64,000 nucleotides of DNA from a virus (Duplodnaviria; Caudoviricetes): the IMG/VR virus record IMGVR_UViG_3300028175_000001. One strand, given 5' to 3'. Below the pieces are notes generated by a model. It searched no databases and was not told the DNA's origin. It was given only the letters and a program-made list of their open reading frames with translations. Position numbers and translations under genes: made by a program. Positions within the stretch are counted from its first letter, which is position 1, and every line of letters starts with the position of its first letter. Positions 58,984 to 64,000 of this stretch are shown here, piece by piece.

Positions 58984-59520
58984 TCAATGTTCTCCAATAA
59001 TTCTTTCTATGTTATATGTAGAATATGCAAATGTAGCATCTGCGGCAACAACTTCTGCATCAGCAACATCAGAAGACATTTCTATATCTGTTAAGTCCAC
59101 AGGAAATAAATCTGTAAATTTGGCCACATACTGTATATTTTTGTTACTGGTAAGAATTGACAATGTACCATCAGAATATAATTCTCCTTTAGGATTAGGT
59201 ACATTTGCTACTGCAAGATTTTTATATTGGTCCAGATTATCAGGAAAAGTAATACCTTTTATCCAATCATAAACCTCTAACCAATTTTTCAATTCTTCAT
59301 CTATTATAAATCTAACACGTAATTCATTATATTGCACTTTATCGCCCGCAATAGGAATGTCTCTAAGGGGAGTTGTAAGAATGGCCTGTCCTGCTGATAA
59401 CCCAGGTAAATTTGCAGATTGACAGAAAAAATTTACGTTTGGAATTTTTTCAATCGTAAATTTAAATCCCGTGGGTATAAAATAATTTAAATTTTTTGGT
59501 TGGTTGCTAGATTTCGCCAT
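58984..59520 (-). CDS. 3: Tail completion/terminator protein (gp3-like)
   Basis: FFCQSANLPG, FIIDEELKNW, ATFAYSTY; position between gp23 and uvsY. Confidence 0.8.
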   Translation of the reverse strand: MAKSSNQPKNLNYFIPTGFKFTIEKIPNVNFFCQSANLPGLSAGQAILTTPLRDIPIAGDKVQYNELRVRFIIDEELKNWLEVYDWIKGITFPDNLDQYKNLAVANVPNPKGELYSDGTLSILTSNKNIQYVAKFTDLFPVDLTDIEMSSDVADAEVVAADATFAYSTYNIERIIGEH

Positions 59521-60179
59521 AGCTCATCTTTCGATATGTTTGGTATATTTTCTAATGTTTGATCTTGATCAATAACTCTTTTTATTTTAATATCATCATA
59601 TATATTTAGTAAGTATTCAAAACCATCTATAAATTCTTTTGTCATAGTAGTATTAGATGCTCCTTCTGAAGGATATCCATTAGTTCCATCATACATATTA
59701 TCTCTATCACCGAATATGTCAAATCCTATTAGATATATTTCTTCTTTTGGATAAAGATTGTGTGCTAATCTAGTTGCTTGTATTCCAGCACTTAATCCCC
59801 ATCCATCATCTTTCCAAGGTGTTTTTCTTATTAAACTTCCTTCTTTAGCCCATGAAATATAAGTGTGATCACCCCAACCATTATAATAAAATTCATATCC
59901 TGTCGGTTCGTTTTCATAAATTTTAGAATCGGAAGGAATATCAATAGTGTCTCTAATCATTCCTGGAAGAGAATTTATATTGCTCAAATAAACAATATTC
60001 TTTAAACTATAATCAGTATCTAGTATTTCATGAGTGACATGAGGATCAATAGTTAAAAGATAATCTGGTGCAAAATCACGATAAAGAGCATTACAACCAA
60101 ATGTCCATGCCTTTGTCTTAATATTTTCTAGATCCATATGTTGTCTAGATTTTCCATTTCCTATTATAACTACTGCCAC
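59487..60179 (-). CDS. DUF115/Maf-like sugar-transferase-fold protein
   Basis: IIGNGKSR, GCNALYRDF.PDYL, LSAG, YLIGFD. Confidence 0.6.
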   Translation of the reverse strand: MAVVIIGNGKSRQHMDLENIKTKAWTFGCNALYRDFAPDYLLTIDPHVTHEILDTDYSLKNIVYLSNINSLPGMIRDTIDIPSDSKIYENEPTGYEFYYNGWGDHTYISWAKEGSLIRKTPWKDDGWGLSAGIQATRLAHNLYPKEEIYLIGFDIFGDRDNMYDGTNGYPSEGASNTTMTKEFIDGFEYLLNIYDDIKIKRVIDQDQTLENIPNISKDELWRNLATNQKI

Positions 60180-60778
60180 GTTATTTCTTCCATAAATTGC
60201 TCTGTTGTTATATTATCAATATTTTCAATTTTTGTATCATCATCTATAACTCTTGTTAATCTTATTTTTGGACAAAAATGATCCTTCAACAAATAAAACA
60301 ATCCAATTCTTTCATCTTCCGCCATATGAAATTCTTCATTGGATGTTATTCCCTCCTTAAACATTGTTGGATAATTAGGAGAACCCTCATAAATATTTTT
60401 TCTATCACCGAATAAGTCAAAACCTATCATATATATTTGATCTTCTGGATGAAAATGATATGCCAATCTAATGCTCTCCCATCCAGAATTTACTGGATAT
60501 ATCTTCTCGAAAGGCACTAAAGAAACTTTATGTCCTTTGGGTGTTTTTTTCAGTATATCCTGTATATTACCATATCCATATTCAGTTGTATAAACTTTAT
60601 TTTCTTTAGAATATCCAGACTCAATTATTTCTTCAAGCATCATTGGATCACATGTAAGGAGTATGTCTGGAGTAAAATCACGATAAAGACCATTACTTCC
60701 ATATATTGTACCGTATTTCTTCAAAAATTGCAAGTCTATTTTTTGTCTTGACTCGCCATTACCTATACAAAAAATCAT
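60170..60778 (-). CDS. DUF115/Maf-like protein, tandem paralog of 59487..60179
   Basis: CIGNGESR, GSNGLYRDFTPDIL, NSG, YMIGFDLFGDR. Confidence 0.6.
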   Translation of the reverse strand: MIFCIGNGESRQKIDLQFLKKYGTIYGSNGLYRDFTPDILLTCDPMMLEEIIESGYSKENKVYTTEYGYGNIQDILKKTPKGHKVSLVPFEKIYPVNSGWESIRLAYHFHPEDQIYMIGFDLFGDRKNIYEGSPNYPTMFKEGITSNEEFHMAEDERIGLFYLLKDHFCPKIRLTRVIDDDTKIENIDNITTEQFMEEITWQ

Positions 60779-61308
60779 GCTTTTTTATAAATTTCACGTT
60801 CTATGTTTTTAATACCATGTGTATACGAATATACAACATGAACTTCAATATTTTCTTTTATTGTTTCAGCTATTTTATTTCTCCACCAATCTTTCGGTTT
60901 TAATGTACAATGAGCATTTTCACCGTTTGGTAAAATTTGACTGGCTGGATACATTGCTATATTTAAATAAGTACATTTATTTGATAATGTAAAAATTTCT
61001 TTTAAAGTGTAATTTATTTCTTTTTCTGGAACATGTTCTAAAACATCTGTACAAATAACACAATCAAAATTGCCAGATGGCAAAAGACCCCATTTTGGTA
61101 TTGCAGGATCATAAAGCCCCATCTTATCAAGTCCCCATGATAAATGAATCCTATCTTCTATGTAATGTTTTGCATTTCCACATCCATAATCCAATGCGGT
61201 TTTTGATTTTGTAGTTTTTATTAATTTTTTGATATTGTCTAAATGAAGCGTAAGGGAATTGCCAGGATAAGGAGGAAGTTGTTTATATAAATCAATTTTA
61301 GAATGCAT
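60775..61308 (-). CDS. Class I SAM methyltransferase
   Basis: LDYGCG, VICTDVLEHVP, NAHCTLK. Confidence 0.85.
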   Translation of the reverse strand: MHSKIDLYKQLPPYPGNSLTLHLDNIKKLIKTTKSKTALDYGCGNAKHYIEDRIHLSWGLDKMGLYDPAIPKWGLLPSGNFDCVICTDVLEHVPEKEINYTLKEIFTLSNKCTYLNIAMYPASQILPNGENAHCTLKPKDWWRNKIAETIKENIEVHVVYSYTHGIKNIEREIYKKA

Positions 61309-61320
61309 AATGTCTCCAAA

Positions 61321-61354
61321 AACAAAAAAGGAGAAGGTTTAACCCTTCTCCTTT
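61321..61354 (-). terminator. Intrinsic terminator after gp23
   Basis: AAAGGAGAAGG-gttaaa-CCTTCTCCTTT followed by TTTGTT. Confidence 0.88.
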
Positions 61355-61381
61355 ATGTATAATCTAAATTTTCAGAGAAAA

Positions 61382-62722
61382 TTACATTAAGTTATTTACT
61401 CTTACAATTCTGTAATACTCGTTGCCTGCGGCACCAGCATTATCTGCACTAATATCTGCACTACCTGAGCTTGTGCTATCTGAAGCTCCAGTTGCAAATG
61501 GATTTCTTACAAGACCATAACGAGTCTTAAATCCAATTTTTGGCTGGAAAGTGCTTGTATCAACTGCACGTACCATTTGTAACGGAACGTATGGGCAGTA
61601 GAACATACCAGCATCATATGAAGATGATCCTTTATATCCAACTACAAAATAGTTAGCATCATTTGTTACTGCATATGGATCAACATAAACACGATAACGC
61701 CCGTTAAGTACACCAACAAAAGTATTTCCTGCATCATCAGGATTAAGATTGTTGCTGTCAAGAGCAGGAGCGTAATCAAGAACTCCAGCCATTTGAAGTG
61801 CGGAAGCAACATCTGAAGAGGTCATAAGGATATTACCTTTTCCTCTACGTGTCTTCTTCGCAATCTCATTGGCTTCTCTCTCTATCTGGAACATGAGACC
61901 TTTAAACTTCTCTACGGACCAGCGACCATTTGAATCTGTGTCAAGATCAAAAATACCTGCAGTTGTGGTGTTATTTTGGGCACCGACTTTGGCTTCTCTG
62001 TAAATCTTACGAATAACTTCACGATTAATTTCTGCAAGAATCTCAGCGGAAAGAATATTGCTGAGTTCTGTTTCTGCATCAAGACCATGAACTGCTTTAA
62101 GATCCTGAGCAACTTCCATTGTGTAATCCGCTCTTAAGGCTCTTGTTTTCGCAGTAACAGTAACCTTCTCAATCGAGAAAGCCATGTTATTAGGCGTCAT
62201 TGACTCACCTGCGGCAGTTGATAATCCTCCACTTACTAAAGTTTGAGAAGCATTAGCCGTACCATCAGAATGAATATGAAGTCCCGGAACATTGCTGTCT
62301 TGGGCTATGCCAGAATTAGCAGAATAATTTGTGTCCGCTTCATTATAAAGTGCTTCTGGTGACTGATTCATTGTGACATATCTTGCTCTCATAGCAAAGA
62401 TAAGACCAGTAGGACCAGTCATTGGTTGCACACCACAAACATCGTATGCAATCAAATTAGGCATTGCTCTCCGAACAAGAGAAATCATAATAGGGTCATA
62501 TTTTGCAACACCCCCCTGATCAGGGAATGAGCCTGAAGCCTGGCCGGCCTCTGTCAAGAAATTTTGTGAAGAAAGGACTTGATTGTCTTCCTGCATGGAC
62601 TTTTCTTGATTCTCCAAAAGAACAGTTGTTACTGCCTTTCTATATGGGTCTGAAATTGTTCCCAATTCTGGATGATCAAGAATAGGAGCCCACTTTTTTT
62701 GTAATTGCTCTGATAAATACAT
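61382..62722 (-). CDS. 23: Major capsid protein (gp23)
   Basis: LVRRAMPNLIAYDVCGVQPMTGPTGLIFAMR, YCPYVPLQM, GFKTRYG. Confidence 0.98.
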   Translation of the reverse strand: MYLSEQLQKKWAPILDHPELGTISDPYRKAVTTVLLENQEKSMQEDNQVLSSQNFLTEAGQASGSFPDQGGVAKYDPIMISLVRRAMPNLIAYDVCGVQPMTGPTGLIFAMRARYVTMNQSPEALYNEADTNYSANSGIAQDSNVPGLHIHSDGTANASQTLVSGGLSTAAGESMTPNNMAFSIEKVTVTAKTRALRADYTMEVAQDLKAVHGLDAETELSNILSAEILAEINREVIRKIYREAKVGAQNNTTTAGIFDLDTDSNGRWSVEKFKGLMFQIEREANEIAKKTRRGKGNILMTSSDVASALQMAGVLDYAPALDSNNLNPDDAGNTFVGVLNGRYRVYVDPYAVTNDANYFVVGYKGSSSYDAGMFYCPYVPLQMVRAVDTSTFQPKIGFKTRYGLVRNPFATGASDSTSSGSADISADNAGAAGNEYYRIVRVNNLM

Positions 62723-62741
62723 GTGTAAATCTCCTTAATTG

Positions 62742-63941
62742 TTATTTAATAATAGTTCTAGAAATAGCTGATGCATATTTTTTGATATTTTCAGGCGCTT
62801 GTGCCATTGCATCGTCTGAAGAATTTTCTTCATTGAATTCCATATCATCTTGTGTATCTTCGATTAAAACGGTTTTTGGATTAATCGTTTCTTCTGCACG
62901 GAAATACTTGTCTTTAATAATCTGAAGTTTTTCAGTATAGGAATCTTCATTTTCATATCCAATACCCTCAGCCAATTTAATCATTTTTTCTTGATCAACT
63001 TCAGTCATTCCTTCTGAAACCATATACAAAGAATCCATCTTTTTGTACTCTTTGAGGTCTTTAGATGAATCAATGTTTTTTTGTATTTCAGAATTTAATG
63101 ACTCTTCAAGGTCTTCAACCTTAGCGAATAGGTCATCAACAAGATCAACCTTTTCGTCAGGAATATCAACATAATGTTCGACAAACAGATTTTTAAGACC
63201 AACCATAAAATCTTCAACGATTTCTGAACGAATGCCCTTATCAACGGCAAGTTCATTTTCTTGCATCCATTCATTAACAACATAATTCATGAAATCATCT
63301 ACTTTTTCAATCATAACACTATGGTTATTTTCGATGGCTTCTTGAAGTTCTGTTTTATATTGTTCATCGAGTTTGTCTATTCTTGTGGAAACTTCATCGT
63401 TGACTCTAGCAAAAACTGCGGCTTCAAATATAGTAGCCGCCTTTTCTTTAAATTCGTCTGACAGTTCTTCTCCCTCAATAAGGGCTTGAACATCACTCTC
63501 TAAATCAAATTCTTCTCTAGTAACAACTTCTCGTGTTTCTTTTTTATTTTCGGAAACAATTTCATTACCTTCTTCGTCGAATTCGGCTTCATCAATTTCG
63601 TTAAGCGCACCGAGAATTTCAGCAACTTCATCTTTGCTCATCTCGTCTAACTTATCATAAATTGATTTAATAAGTGACATTTTTGATGCACTTTCAGAAA
63701 CTCCTCCTTTATCAGCAGGACGCTTCTTAGCAGATGGCACCCCTTTTGTAAAATCTGGTTTGGGCCCATCGGGAACCTCGTTATTTACTCCCGTATCTAT
63801 TGCTTTTTTGGGAGCTTTTTTAATTGGTTCTTTATTTTTTCCAGCACCTGGATATGAAGTCTCATGTACCTGAGATTCTTCATTTGTAATATCCTCTTGA
63901 GTTTCCTCTTGAGTTTCCTCTATTACGTTTTCTTCTGACAT
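62742..63941 (-). CDS. 22: Prohead core scaffold protein (gp22)
   Basis: LSDEFKEKAATIFEAAV, VVNEWMQENELAV, GLKNLFVEHYVDIP. Confidence 0.93.
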   Translation of the reverse strand: MSEENVIEETQEETQEDITNEESQVHETSYPGAGKNKEPIKKAPKKAIDTGVNNEVPDGPKPDFTKGVPSAKKRPADKGGVSESASKMSLIKSIYDKLDEMSKDEVAEILGALNEIDEAEFDEEGNEIVSENKKETREVVTREEFDLESDVQALIEGEELSDEFKEKAATIFEAAVFARVNDEVSTRIDKLDEQYKTELQEAIENNHSVMIEKVDDFMNYVVNEWMQENELAVDKGIRSEIVEDFMVGLKNLFVEHYVDIPDEKVDLVDDLFAKVEDLEESLNSEIQKNIDSSKDLKEYKKMDSLYMVSEGMTEVDQEKMIKLAEGIGYENEDSYTEKLQIIKDKYFRAEETINPKTVLIEDTQDDMEFNEENSSDDAMAQAPENIKKYASAISRTIIK

Positions 63942-63990
63942 TTGATAACTCCTTAATTTTGTGAGAATTTTGTTTTCTGTCTCATGTTTA

Positions 63991-63998
63991 TATTTATA
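63991..63998 (-). promoter_or_regulatory. T4-type late promoter TATAAATA
   Basis: Exact consensus 50 bp upstream of gp22. Confidence 0.6.
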
Positions 63999-64000
63999 TA

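Overview
A 64-kb segment of an AT-rich (roughly 30% GC by eye) T4-like myovirus genome, with gene order resembling marine cyanophage/pelagiphage-type T4 relatives. Every credible gene is on the minus strand. From right to left it carries: the head scaffold and major capsid genes (gp22, gp23); a glycosyl/methyltransferase island around gp3 and uvsY; uvsW, gp55, gp47 and gp46; peptide deformylase; a PP-loop ATPase coupled to a C5 DNA methyltransferase; a VWA/MoxR-AAA pair; the replisome (gp45, gp44, an inserted HtrA, gp62, regA, dut, Hsp20, endolysin, gp43, uvsX, gp41); a block of putative head-packaged proteins; tail-fibre/structural genes; primase, thyX, class II RNR and glutaredoxin; an Fe-S assembly cassette; bS21; holin-like genes; and an ExbB/ExbD-like triad. 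The most striking observations are: (1) a circularly permuted two-piece tmRNA gene with a small hydrophobic ORF in its intervening segment; (2) a 1413-aa protein built from about 15 small basic modules joined by EEVELxE linkers that match T4 prohead-protease sites and are also DNA-level repeats, plus a set of genes starting with a T4-like capsid-targeting peptide (MKTFKE...E) fused to enzymes (HAD phosphatase, HExxH peptidase, KxDG ligase-like, HIGH-type nucleotidyltransferase), together suggesting a modular injected-payload system; (3) a four-hairpin ROSE-type RNA thermometer upstream of Hsp20; (4) a phage-encoded MotA/ExbB-MotB/ExbD-type membrane motor cassette. No database searches were run. 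Family names come from motifs recognised by eye, and several small ORFs not in the supplied track were translated manually.
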